Source of the DNA: Patescibacteria group bacterium
Lineage (GTDB): Bacteria; Patescibacteriota; Minisyncoccia; UBA6257; HR35
Length of the DNA stretch: 64,000 bases
Direction: 5' to 3'
NCBI GenBank assembly: GCA_030549845.1
Contig: JAUQQN010000001.1
Location: forward strand, 234,838 to 298,837
Position numbers and translations under genes: made by a program
The notes under the pieces: model-generated
Seen by the model: the letters and a program-made list of their open reading frames with translations, nothing else
Told to the model about the DNA's origin: nothing
Databases searched by the model: none
Shown here: piece by piece, positions 29,215 to 38,613 of the stretch
Numbering within the stretch: the stretch's first letter is position 1
Layout of the letters: each line of letters starts with the position of its first letter

Positions 29215-30906
29215 CACACAAAATCATTTACTTTTATAGAAGTTTTATCTTCAATTTTCATTTTAGGAATTTTAATTAGTGTTTTAATAATTGTTTTAAA
29301 GCCATCGACTATATTTGCTTATTTAAGAGATAAAAAAAGATTACATGATTTAAATTTGTTGGAATTTTCCATTAAATCAGCTTATTTGGAAAACCCTGAA
29401 TTATTTTTATCTCTTGCTACTAATACTATTTATATTTCCTTACCCGACGAATCACCATTCTGCAGTAAATGGCTATCTAAATTACCGCCTTTACCTTCTG
29501 GGTGGTATTATAAATGTTCAAATGATCCTACAAATATAACCTCTGGTTGGTTGCCTTTAAATTTGAGTAAAATAGGGCTTTTTAGCTTAAAAAAGCTACC
29601 GATAGACCCAATTAATAATGAAAATTTTTATTATAGTTTTGTAATTTCTAATAATGGCTTTGAGATTACATCGAGGCTTGAGAAGGAAATAGGATCGGAT
29701 TCCATAGCTGGAAATGATGATGGAGATAATTTATATTTTTATGAAGTGGGGACAGACAAAAAAGCCATGCCCCAAATGGCCCAAAGGGATCCTTATTTAG
29801 TACTTTATTGGAGTTTTGATGAAGGTAGCGGTTTTTATGCATACGACTATTCAGGAAATCAACAAACAGGGGTCCTTCGCAATTTTAGAGAAGTAATTTC
29901 TGATATGGAATCATTAAGTAATTGGTATGAACCAAATTATTATATTACTTTAGATTCTATAAATAAAATAAGTGGAAATTTTTCATTAAAATTAGATTTA
30001 GAAAATAACCAACCCCTGCCAAATACTACTTATACAATTTCTTATATTCCGCCTTCTCCTATCGATTTTTCTAATGCATACGATGTAGCTTATTACCTAA
30101 ATTACAACACTTCTACCAATTATATATCTTCTGCTCGGTTAATTATTTATGATCAAAACAATAATTATAGATATTGGAATATAGGAGTTAATAGGTATTG
30201 GCGTTTGTACTCATATTCTTTGTCTTATTATTCAGGACAAACCCCAATTCCTCCAAATCTTTCTTCTATTGCAAAAATAGAATTTCAATTCAAAACAGGA
30301 AGTAGTGTTGGTCCTTTTTATATTAATTTAGATTTATTAGCTTTTACCAAAGATACAAGTCCTAGATGGGTTGATGGTCGCGTTGGAAAAGCTATTGAAT
30401 TTGACGGGATTGATGACTACGTTTATTTTTACACAACTTCATCTATATTTATGCAATTCAACAATTCTAACACATCAATGACTAGCTGTTTTTGGTTAAA
30501 AAGGTATAGAACATTAATATGGGAAATACCCCTAAGAAGAGACCCTAATGAATTTTGGTGGGTTTCTATTTCTAGTAGTAATAACTGGATATATTTTTAT
30601 ACGGCTGGTAGTACTGCAATTAGAACTGATCTTCCTAATGTATTAGATAGAATAAATATATGGTACCATTTATGTGTTGTTTATGATGTAAACCAATCTG
30701 ATGGTTATAGATCTAAAATTTATTTAAATGGCCAATTAGTAGCAAGAGGTAATCCAGTACGTGCTTCTGGGGGTACTTATTCTAGTTTTTCTATAGGCGC
30801 AAGGACTGATGGAGCGCTTGCGTTTAAAGGAGTTATAGATGAAGTAAAAATTTACAATAAAGCGTTAACTTCCGATGAAATTTTGCACCTATATCAAAGT
30901 TATTAA
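29194..30906 (+). CDS. Type IV pilin-like protein (class III signal, FTFIE) with a C-terminal LamG/concanavalin-A-like lectin domain
   Basis: KS-FTFIEVLSSIFILGILISVLIIVL prepilin-like N-terminus. C-terminal GKAIEFDGIDDYVYF...WYHLCVVYD...KIYLNGQLVARG...FSIGARTDGALAFKGVIDEVKIYNKALTSDEILHLYQ is a Laminin_G_3 pattern. The start is uncertain: the only in-frame ATG/TTG lie upstream of, or inside, tRNA-fMet, and a GTG at 29194 lies in the tRNA 3' end. Confidence 0.6.
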   Translation: MQFRPPQHTKSFTFIEVLSSIFILGILISVLIIVLKPSTIFAYLRDKKRLHDLNLLEFSIKSAYLENPELFLSLATNTIYISLPDESPFCSKWLSKLPPLPSGWYYKCSNDPTNITSGWLPLNLSKIGLFSLKKLPIDPINNENFYYSFVISNNGFEITSRLEKEIGSDSIAGNDDGDNLYFYEVGTDKKAMPQMAQRDPYLVLYWSFDEGSGFYAYDYSGNQQTGVLRNFREVISDMESLSNWYEPNYYITLDSINKISGNFSLKLDLENNQPLPNTTYTISYIPPSPIDFSNAYDVAYYLNYNTSTNYISSARLIIYDQNNNYRYWNIGVNRYWRLYSYSLSYYSGQTPIPPNLSSIAKIEFQFKTGSSVGPFYINLDLLAFTKDTSPRWVDGRVGKAIEFDGIDDYVYFYTTSSIFMQFNNSNTSMTSCFWLKRYRTLIWEIPLRRDPNEFWWVSISSSNNWIYFYTAGSTAIRTDLPNVLDRINIWYHLCVVYDVNQSDGYRSKIYLNGQLVARGNPVRASGGTYSSFSIGARTDGALAFKGVIDEVKIYNKALTSDEILHLYQSY

Positions 30907-31727
30907 TCTTGAAACTTTGCTAATTTTAGGAAGTTTTTAAAAATCATAGCAGTTAAAATTGGGCCTGTTCCATTTGGAGTAGGTGTGATTAAGAAAGCTT
31001 TATTTTTGAGTTTATCAAAATCTATATCTCCATAAATTTTTCCACTTTCGATTTTATATCCAAAATCTATAAGAATAGCATTTTTTTTACATTCATTTAC
31101 AAAATTAGGAATACCTTCCCCGCTTACAATAATGTCTGAGATTTTAAAAAACTTTTCCTTGTTTTTAGTGGTTTTTCTTACAATAATAACAGTCGATCCT
31201 TCTGTTGCAAAATAGTGAACTAAGGGCTTCCCGATTAGTTTAGAATATCCTACAACAGAAACAATTTTGTTTTTAAAATCTAAAGAAAATTTTGCTTTTA
31301 AAAAATCAACGGTTTCTACAGCCGGTGGTCTTATGATGTATGAATCTGTAAAAAATTTACCTAAGTTTTTAGAAGATAGGCAGTCTACATCTTTTTCAGG
31401 TGGTATTGAATTTAAAAAATATTGGGTTTTAAATTTGCTTGGCAAAGGAAGTTGTACTATAGCTCCATGAACTAAATCTGATTTTACTATTTGATTGATA
31501 TATTTTCTCAAATTTTTCCTACTTATACTTTCATCAACTTCGTAAATTCTAAAATCTATTTCTAGTTCTTTAGCAAATTTTTCTTTTATTTTTAAAAATT
31601 TAACTTTTTCTTCTGATTTACCGATTAAGAATCCTACCAATCTCAATTTTCCTAATTTATCTCTTTCTTTTCTTAAATCTTCTATGATTTCTTTTGCTAG
31701 TTCTTTTCCATTGATTATTATAGCCAT
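30903..31727 (-). CDS. folD: Bifunctional methylenetetrahydrofolate dehydrogenase/cyclohydrolase
   Basis: MAIIINGKELAKEI...GAIVQLPLP...VVGYSKLIGKPLVHYF FolD signature blocks. Confidence 0.85.
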   Translation of the reverse strand: MAIIINGKELAKEIIEDLRKERDKLGKLRLVGFLIGKSEEKVKFLKIKEKFAKELEIDFRIYEVDESISRKNLRKYINQIVKSDLVHGAIVQLPLPSKFKTQYFLNSIPPEKDVDCLSSKNLGKFFTDSYIIRPPAVETVDFLKAKFSLDFKNKIVSVVGYSKLIGKPLVHYFATEGSTVIIVRKTTKNKEKFFKISDIIVSGEGIPNFVNECKKNAILIDFGYKIESGKIYGDIDFDKLKNKAFLITPTPNGTGPILTAMIFKNFLKLAKFQD

Positions 31728-32944
31728 TTTTTATAGGGCAATGGAAACTTACATAAAAACCTAATTACCTCTTCTTTAATCTTTTTTGGATCTTTTTGGT
31801 CGATTAATAATTCTTTTATAAACTTAGCTATTTTTAACATTTCTTTTTCTTTCATTCCTCTTGATGTAACTGCAGGCGTACCTAATCTTAAACCAGTTGG
31901 GTTAAAGGGAGAAGTATCTCCTGGTAATGTGTTTCTATTAGCTAAAATATTTGCAGACTCTAAAATTTCTTCTGCTATTTTACCATTTAGCCCTAAAGGC
32001 TTAAGATCTATCACCATTAAATGATTGTCTGTTCCATTTGTCCATAAAGTAAATCCTAAATTCATTAATTCTTTAGATAATACTTTAGCATTTTTTAAGA
32101 TTTGTTGTTGATATTTTATAAACTTACTTGTCAATGCTTCTTCAAACATTACACCTATTCCAGCAATTATATTATTGTGTGGTCCTCCTTGTAATCCTGG
32201 AAATACTGATTTGTTTATCTTTTCTTCTAAATGTTTTCTCATAAAAATAAGCGCTCCCCTAGGACCTCTTAATGTTTTATGAGTTGTAGTTGTGACTACA
32301 TCTGAATAAGAAAATGGTGTTGGATGAAGGTTTGCTAAAATTAAACCAGCTATGTGAGAAATATCTGCTAAATGATAAGCCCCTACTTTCTTTGCAATTT
32401 GACCAAATTTTTTAAAATCTATCTTTCTTGGATAAGATGTTAAGCCTGAAACAATCAATTTGGGTTTAAATTTTTTTGCCAATTTGTAAATTTCATCATA
32501 ATCTAAAAGACCTGTCTTAGGATTAACAGAATATTGTCTAACTTTGAATAACTTTCCACTATAATTAACAAAATGTCCATGAGTTAAGTGACCGCCACTT
32601 GTTAAACTAAATCCTAAAAGTTTATCACCAGGACTCATTAATGCTAAATAAACAGCTAGGTTTGCAGGTGAACCTGAATAAGGTTGAATATTCACAGACC
32701 AGTTTTTTTGATTTAACCTAAAGGCCTTTAATGCCAAATTTTGAACATACATTTCTATTTTGTCGTAGATCTCATTTCCAGGGTAATACCTTTTACCAGG
32801 ATAACCTTCTGAGTACTTATTAGTTAAAGGGCTACCAATCGCATCTAGAACTTTTTGAGATACATAATTTTCAGAAGGAATGAGATTTATAGAATTTTGT
32901 TGCCTTACTACTTCTTTTTTTATTAATTTATCGATTTTTTTCAT
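31718..32944 (-). CDS. glyA: Serine hydroxymethyltransferase
   Basis: NLIPSENYVSQKVLDAIGS and TTTTHKTLRGPRGALI (PLP-lysine block). Confidence 0.9.
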   Translation of the reverse strand: MKKIDKLIKKEVVRQQNSINLIPSENYVSQKVLDAIGSPLTNKYSEGYPGKRYYPGNEIYDKIEMYVQNLALKAFRLNQKNWSVNIQPYSGSPANLAVYLALMSPGDKLLGFSLTSGGHLTHGHFVNYSGKLFKVRQYSVNPKTGLLDYDEIYKLAKKFKPKLIVSGLTSYPRKIDFKKFGQIAKKVGAYHLADISHIAGLILANLHPTPFSYSDVVTTTTHKTLRGPRGALIFMRKHLEEKINKSVFPGLQGGPHNNIIAGIGVMFEEALTSKFIKYQQQILKNAKVLSKELMNLGFTLWTNGTDNHLMVIDLKPLGLNGKIAEEILESANILANRNTLPGDTSPFNPTGLRLGTPAVTSRGMKEKEMLKIAKFIKELLIDQKDPKKIKEEVIRFLCKFPLPYKKWL

Positions 32945-33004
32945 ATCTTATCCACAATTTATCCACTAAAACAGATAAAATAGGTTATAATTAATTATAT
33001 CAAA

Positions 33005-33448
33005 ATGACGTCGAAAAAAGTTTTATTTGCTTGTTTTACAATATTTTTGATATTTACTAGTTTTGTCCTGTCACCAACTAAAGCAGACATTGAACCTTTG
33101 TATTTTGATGAAACTGTATTCGAAAATTTAAAATTTAAATTAAGCAATTCAACAAAGAAAATTTTTATTGTTACAGTTACAGGCTATTCTTCGAGTTATG
33201 ACGAAACTGACGAAACGCCATATATAACTGCAAGCGGTGATTTTGTAAATGATGGGATAGCAGCATCTAATTTTTTGCCTTTTGGAACAAAAATTAAAAT
33301 ACCATCATTATTTGGAGATAAAGTTTTTATTGTAAAAGATAGGATGAATAAAAGATATTATTTTAGAATAGATATTTGGTTCCCAACAAAAGAAGAGGCT
33401 TTGAATTTTGGTATTCATTATAACGTACCTATAGAAATAGTTGATTAA
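33005..33448 (+). CDS. Secreted 3D-domain protein (MltA/YocH-like peptidoglycan-binding / lytic domain)
   Basis: Signal peptide, then TGYSSSYDETDETPYITASGDFVNDGIAASNFLPFGTKIKIP...IDIWFPTKEEALNFGIHYNVPIEIV, matching the 3D-domain consensus TAY..TASG...G.VAVD..IPLGTKV.I...IDIF..T..EA..FG. Confidence 0.65.
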   Translation: MTSKKVLFACFTIFLIFTSFVLSPTKADIEPLYFDETVFENLKFKLSNSTKKIFIVTVTGYSSSYDETDETPYITASGDFVNDGIAASNFLPFGTKIKIPSLFGDKVFIVKDRMNKRYYFRIDIWFPTKEEALNFGIHYNVPIEIVD

Positions 33449-35127
33449 GTTAAAGTACCTGCAACTCTTTCTACTTCTTCTATTGTTGTTATTTGTTTTA
33501 ATGCTTTTATAAGTCCTGCTTGTTTTAGGTTTATAAACCCATCTTTAATAGCTTGTTCTAGAATTGCGAATTCAGATGGTTTTTCATATATAATTTTTGC
33601 CATATTTTCTGTAATCTTCAAAAGCTCAAATATAGCAACCCTTCCTTTGTAACCTAAATAAAGACATTTTTCACAACCTTTAGCTTTAACTAATTTTATA
33701 TTCTCTAAATCTAGATTTTCTAAAACCTCTTTAGGGACAGTTTTTATAGTGTTTACTATAATATCTTTTAATTTATCATCTGGTTCAAATTCCTCCTTAC
33801 AATAATTACATGCCCTTCTTAATAATCTTTGAGCTATTACTAACCTTAACGCAGGTGGTATTAAGGTTTTTTCCACCCCTAAATCGATAAGTCTTGGAAT
33901 TGCTCCTAATGAATCATTTGTATGTAAAGTTGATAAAACTAAATGACCTGTTAACGAAGCATGAATTGCGATTTCTGCTGTTTCTTTATCCCTTATTTCT
34001 CCTACGAGAATTACGTCTGGGTCTTGCCTTAAAATTGATCTTAACCCATTTGCAAATGTATAATTTTCAGCTTCATTAACTTGGGTTTGCGTAATTCCTT
34101 CTAATTTATATTCTATTGGATCTTCTATTGTGATGATCTTTATTTCTGGTCTTTTAATTTTATTTAATATTGCATATAAAGTAGTGGTTTTTCCTGACCC
34201 AGTTGGCCCGGTATTTAAAATTAAACCATTTGGTTGCCTTATATAATATTCAATTATTTTTTTATCATAATCTTCCAAACCCAAGCTTTCCAAGGGCAAC
34301 ATTATTTTTTCTATATCTAAAATTCTCATAACAATGGTTTCATCATAACTACTTGGAATAGTGCTTACTCTGATTTCTATGTTTTTTTTACCTAAATAAA
34401 TGGAGAATCTTCCATCTTGTGGTTTTTCTGTAATATTTAAATAAAGCCCAGCAAATAATTTGATTCTATTTTTTAAGAGGCCATATATTGATTTATTAAA
34501 ATTTGCAATTTCATACAAAATTCCGTCAATTCTTAATTTAACAACTATATTTTTCTCTGTTGGTTCTAAATGAATATCAGAAGCATCAAATTTAATAGCT
34601 CCACCAACTAAATAATCTAAAATATCAAGTGGGTTTTCTTTTTCGAGTTCTCTTAAAATTTTCTTTAAATCTTCTTTAACCTGAAGAGAATTTAAAATAT
34701 TATTTAATTTTTCTTGATCAATTTCTAGAATTTCTGTATATTTAACTTTTTTGGTTTTAATATACTTATACTCTTGCCAGGCTTTTTCTAGGCTTCTTTT
34801 AGAAACCACTCCTATTTCAACTATAAAATCTTGTTTCTTAAGTTCGTCTAAGAATTTTTTCAGCTCTTTATCTAATGGATTGAGCGCTCCGATTATTAAT
34901 TTTTTCCCATATTTTTCAATGCCTACTATATTTAACTTTTTTGCTATATCTTCTGGAATTATTTTTAATGCATCTGGATCAACTGGATGAAATTTTAGGT
35001 TAAAATATTTTAATTGAAGCATGGAAGCTAATCTTTGTGCTAAGCTTTCTTCTTCCTCTTCTTGTAATTTATTTAAAAATTCTTGTAATTCATCACTCAT
35101 TTCAAAAATAATTATAATTCTTAACAA
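33445..35127 (-). CDS. pilB: Type IV pilus / type II secretion assembly ATPase (PilB/GspE family)
   Basis: Walker A GPTGSGKTTTLYAIL, Asp box, His box (LVLSTLHTND), and a C-terminal tetracysteine CNYC...CEKC. Confidence 0.85.
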   Translation of the reverse strand: MLRIIIIFEMSDELQEFLNKLQEEEEESLAQRLASMLQLKYFNLKFHPVDPDALKIIPEDIAKKLNIVGIEKYGKKLIIGALNPLDKELKKFLDELKKQDFIVEIGVVSKRSLEKAWQEYKYIKTKKVKYTEILEIDQEKLNNILNSLQVKEDLKKILRELEKENPLDILDYLVGGAIKFDASDIHLEPTEKNIVVKLRIDGILYEIANFNKSIYGLLKNRIKLFAGLYLNITEKPQDGRFSIYLGKKNIEIRVSTIPSSYDETIVMRILDIEKIMLPLESLGLEDYDKKIIEYYIRQPNGLILNTGPTGSGKTTTLYAILNKIKRPEIKIITIEDPIEYKLEGITQTQVNEAENYTFANGLRSILRQDPDVILVGEIRDKETAEIAIHASLTGHLVLSTLHTNDSLGAIPRLIDLGVEKTLIPPALRLVIAQRLLRRACNYCKEEFEPDDKLKDIIVNTIKTVPKEVLENLDLENIKLVKAKGCEKCLYLGYKGRVAIFELLKITENMAKIIYEKPSEFAILEQAIKDGFINLKQAGLIKALKQITTIEEVERVAGTLT

Positions 35128-37214
35128 TGAAAATAGGCAAATATAAGTTTATAATCTTAATTGAGCTTTTTTTGTGGTTTCTTTTTATAATTCTCTTACT
35201 CTCTTTAAGTGCTTTTTTACTTTTTGCTGCTTTTACAATCAAAAATTTACCCAATCCTGAGATATTAGCAAAAACCACAACAAGTGGTAGCCTTCAAATA
35301 TACGATAGAACAGGTACTATATTACTTTATGAAGTAGGTTTAAGAAAATATTGGGCAAATTATGAAGACTTTGGAAAAAATATAATTTATGCAACATTGG
35401 CCGCTGAAGATGATTCTTTTTTTGAACATAAAGGAATAAGTATAAAAGGAATTTTGAGATCAATTTGGCTTAATTTAAAGACGAGAAGTTTAACTTATGG
35501 TGGATCAACTATTACTCAACAACTTGCTAGAAATTTATTTTTGACTCAAGAAAAAACTTTATTAAGAAAAATTCAAGAGATTGTTTTAGCAATAGAATTA
35601 GAAAGAAGGTTTTCTAAAGAAGATATTTTGACATATTATTTAAATTCAATATATTATGGAGCAGGGAATATAGGCATAAAAGCTGCTGCTGATTTTTATT
35701 TTAATAAAAATATAAAAGACTTAACATTAGCAGAAGCAGCTACCTTAGCAGCAATTCCAAAGTCACCAAAATATTATGAACCAACAAATGAAAATAATCT
35801 AAAAAGATTAAAAGAAAGAAGGGATTTAATTTTAAAAAGATTATTAGATTTGAAATGGATAAGCGATGATGAGTATACTCAAGCTGTAAACAGTGAATTA
35901 AAAATCACCAAAAAGAAATATACAAAAATTGCTGCCCCTCATTTTGTTATTGAAGTTAAAAAAATATTAGAAAATATGTTTCCTAATAAAAATCTAGAAA
36001 ATTCTGGTTTTAAGGTAATTACAACTTTGAATTATAACTATCAAAAAATTGCTGAAGAAGTTGTTAAAGAAGGAGCATTAAAAAATGAGGAAAAAAGTGG
36101 TGCTAGAAATGCTGCTCTTTTAATGATGGACACAAAAACTGGGGAAATATTAGCTATGGTAGGATCTAGAGATTTTTTTGATGAGTCTATTCAAGGACAA
36201 GTTAATATGACTACTGCACCTCGGCAACCTGGATCTGCATTCAAGCCAATATCATATGTTACATTATTTCAGTTAGGTTATCCGATAGAGACAATAGTTT
36301 TTGATGTGCCTACAAATTTTGGTACTCCAGAAAATCCTTATTTCCCTAAAAATTTTGATGAAAGATTTAGGGGACCTGTAGATTTAAAAACAGCATTAGC
36401 ACAATCTATTAATGTACCTGCTGTTAAAGTATTTTACTTAGCTGGGCCAGAAAGAGTAATAGAAAATGCAAAAAAGTTTGGGATTACAACCTTAAAAGAC
36501 CCTCAGTATTATGGGCTTTCTTTAGCTTTAGGTAGCGCTGAAGTAAAAATGATAGATTTAGTAAAAGCTTATAGTGTATTTGCAAATGATGGAGAACTTG
36601 TAAGTCAAAGTTTAATTTTGAAAATTTATGACCATAACAATAATTTAATTTATGAATATAAACCTGAAAGAAAAAGAGTAATAGATAGTCAGCCAGTTAG
36701 AATGTTAAATTTTATATTAAAAGATTACGAAGCTAGGAGAGGTTTACTTGTTGCTTCTTTACCATTGACCAAAATCGATGATTATGAAATTGCTATAAAA
36801 ACAGGAACTAGTGAATATTATAGAGATGCTTGGACAATTGGCTATACTCCTAATTTTGTTGTAGCAGTGTGGGCAGGGAACACTGATGGAAAACCTACAA
36901 AAAAAGGAGCAAGTATTGTGGCTACCCTTCCTATATGGCATAATTTTGTAAAACAAATTATCAAAGATTATCCAAAAACAAAATTTTTAGAACCATTACC
37001 AGTAAGAGTAAATAAACCTATGTTAAATGGTAAGTGGTATGATGAAATTTACGGGGTTCATGAAATTTTACATTATGTGGATAGAAACAATCCTTTAGGT
37101 CCTATTCCTTCTAACCCCTATAAAGATCCTCAATATATAAAGTGGGAATCTGCTCTCCAAATTTGGCTTAATCAACAAGGATTTTTACTGAATACCCTTC
37201 AAAAAAAACTTTAA
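35127..37214 (+). CDS. Class A penicillin-binding protein (glycosyltransferase GT51 + transpeptidase), PBP1A-type
   Basis: N-terminal TM, then EDDSFFEHKGI and GGSTITQQLARNLFL (GT51 motifs), SAFKP (SxxK) and KTG (KTGTS) transpeptidase motifs. Confidence 0.85.
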   Translation: MKIGKYKFIILIELFLWFLFIILLLSLSAFLLFAAFTIKNLPNPEILAKTTTSGSLQIYDRTGTILLYEVGLRKYWANYEDFGKNIIYATLAAEDDSFFEHKGISIKGILRSIWLNLKTRSLTYGGSTITQQLARNLFLTQEKTLLRKIQEIVLAIELERRFSKEDILTYYLNSIYYGAGNIGIKAAADFYFNKNIKDLTLAEAATLAAIPKSPKYYEPTNENNLKRLKERRDLILKRLLDLKWISDDEYTQAVNSELKITKKKYTKIAAPHFVIEVKKILENMFPNKNLENSGFKVITTLNYNYQKIAEEVVKEGALKNEEKSGARNAALLMMDTKTGEILAMVGSRDFFDESIQGQVNMTTAPRQPGSAFKPISYVTLFQLGYPIETIVFDVPTNFGTPENPYFPKNFDERFRGPVDLKTALAQSINVPAVKVFYLAGPERVIENAKKFGITTLKDPQYYGLSLALGSAEVKMIDLVKAYSVFANDGELVSQSLILKIYDHNNNLIYEYKPERKRVIDSQPVRMLNFILKDYEARRGLLVASLPLTKIDDYEIAIKTGTSEYYRDAWTIGYTPNFVVAVWAGNTDGKPTKKGASIVATLPIWHNFVKQIIKDYPKTKFLEPLPVRVNKPMLNGKWYDEIYGVHEILHYVDRNNPLGPIPSNPYKDPQYIKWESALQIWLNQQGFLLNTLQKKL

Positions 37215-37389
37215 CCATACTTTCAAGTTTTTTTATCTCTTCAAAATTTGGTCTTTTGTCTATCCTTAAGTAGATATTTTTGTTTTTATGATCAACCTTG
37301 ATATAAATCTTGTAGTGAGGTGGTATTTCTTTTTTTAAATTTTCTACCAATTCTAAAAGTTTTGATTTTCTAATTTCAATACGCTCCAT
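37168..37389 (-). CDS. Hypothetical small protein translationally coupled to dnaN
   Basis: 73-aa ORF whose ATG overlaps the dnaN stop. No motif recognised. Confidence 0.4.
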   Translation of the reverse strand: MERIEIRKSKLLELVENLKKEIPPHYKIYIKVDHKNKNIYLRIDKRPNFEEIKKLESMVKVFFEGYSVKILVD

Positions 37390-38516
37390 TAAATTGGCAT
37401 TAATATATAAATAAAATCTTCTTCTAGGGGTGATTTCAAAAGAATAGGTTTTATTCCATATTCTGATGGTAAATTAATACCAACAAAAACTTTCTCACTA
37501 TCTATATTTTTAATACCTTCATACAAAAAATCAATATTAAAAGACATTTCTACTTTTTCTTCGTTATCTAATTTTTCCAAATCTATTCCTATAGTATTTT
37601 TTGTTTCACCAAGTAAATCATTTTTTGAATAAAATTCTATTGTTTTTTCCTTGGTATTAATAGTTACCTTTAGTTCTTTTGATTGATCTGTGTATACTTT
37701 ATTCAATTTCAAAGCCTTTAAACTTTCATCTCTGTTTATATAGAAGATAATATTGAAATCTTTGGGGATAACTTGTTGATAATCTGGATAATCTATAGTT
37801 AATAATTTTGTTAATAAAACCTGATCATCTAAATCAAAGGTAATTTGAGCTTTCTCTATATAAATTCTTAATTTTAATGGTTTCTTCTTTATTTTTAAAT
37901 ACTCAGTAATTATTCTTTCTGGAATCAAGATTTTTTCTTCTTGGATATTAGTAATAACTAAATCTTTTTTAAATTTAACCTCAGATAATCTTATAGTATC
38001 AGTAGTTACAAGCTTGACATAATTATTATCAATCACCATATAAACCCCAGCAAATTCTGGTTTTATTATATTTGCAGTTTTTATATTCCCATAAATTTTT
38101 TCTAAATAACCTTCAAAAAGTCTATTTTCTATTTCTAAATAAATATCCTCATTGTAATCAGGTATTAATGGATACTCTTCTTCTGAAACACCTGGTAGAT
38201 TTGAAATACTTGATTTACTTTTAATCAATAAATTATTTTCTGTGCTTTCTAAAGTTATATCTTCTTCAAAAAAATTTTGAAGAACTTCATAAAATTGTTT
38301 TGCTGGTATTAAAACCACTCCTTCTTCAATTATTTTTTTAGGTAAAACAGAGGCTTTATATGAAATTTCTAAATCAGTTGCAAATATATTTAATTTTTCT
38401 CCTTTTGCTTCTAATTTAAAAAAATTCAAAACACTTAAATCAGTCTTTTTTGGACAAATTCTATTAACTACTGTTATTTTATCTAGTAATGATGTTTTTG
38501 ATATATTTACTTTCAT
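37389..38516 (-). CDS. dnaN: DNA polymerase III beta subunit (sliding clamp)
   Basis: MKVNISKTSLLDKITVVNRIC... Three-domain length and position directly downstream of dnaA. Confidence 0.85.
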   Translation of the reverse strand: MKVNISKTSLLDKITVVNRICPKKTDLSVLNFFKLEAKGEKLNIFATDLEISYKASVLPKKIIEEGVVLIPAKQFYEVLQNFFEEDITLESTENNLLIKSKSSISNLPGVSEEEYPLIPDYNEDIYLEIENRLFEGYLEKIYGNIKTANIIKPEFAGVYMVIDNNYVKLVTTDTIRLSEVKFKKDLVITNIQEEKILIPERIITEYLKIKKKPLKLRIYIEKAQITFDLDDQVLLTKLLTIDYPDYQQVIPKDFNIIFYINRDESLKALKLNKVYTDQSKELKVTINTKEKTIEFYSKNDLLGETKNTIGIDLEKLDNEEKVEMSFNIDFLYEGIKNIDSEKVFVGINLPSEYGIKPILLKSPLEEDFIYILMPI

Positions 38517-38537
38517 AATAATAATAAAGTTTAAAAT

Positions 38538-38601
38538 TGTGGATTTAATTACAAATTAATTAAAAATTATACAATTTTTCATAAAAACTTTTTGTGGATG
38601 A
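38538..38601. promoter_or_regulatory. Two DnaA-box-like 9-mers (TGTGGATTT at 38538-38546; TGTGGATGA at 38593-38601) in the AT-rich dnaA-dnaN spacer; candidate oriC/DnaA-regulated region
   Basis: Consensus TGTGGATAA (reverse of TTATCCACA). Both are in the same orientation inside a 97-bp AT-rich spacer. Confidence 0.45.
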
Positions 38602-38613
38602 AATGTTAATTAA

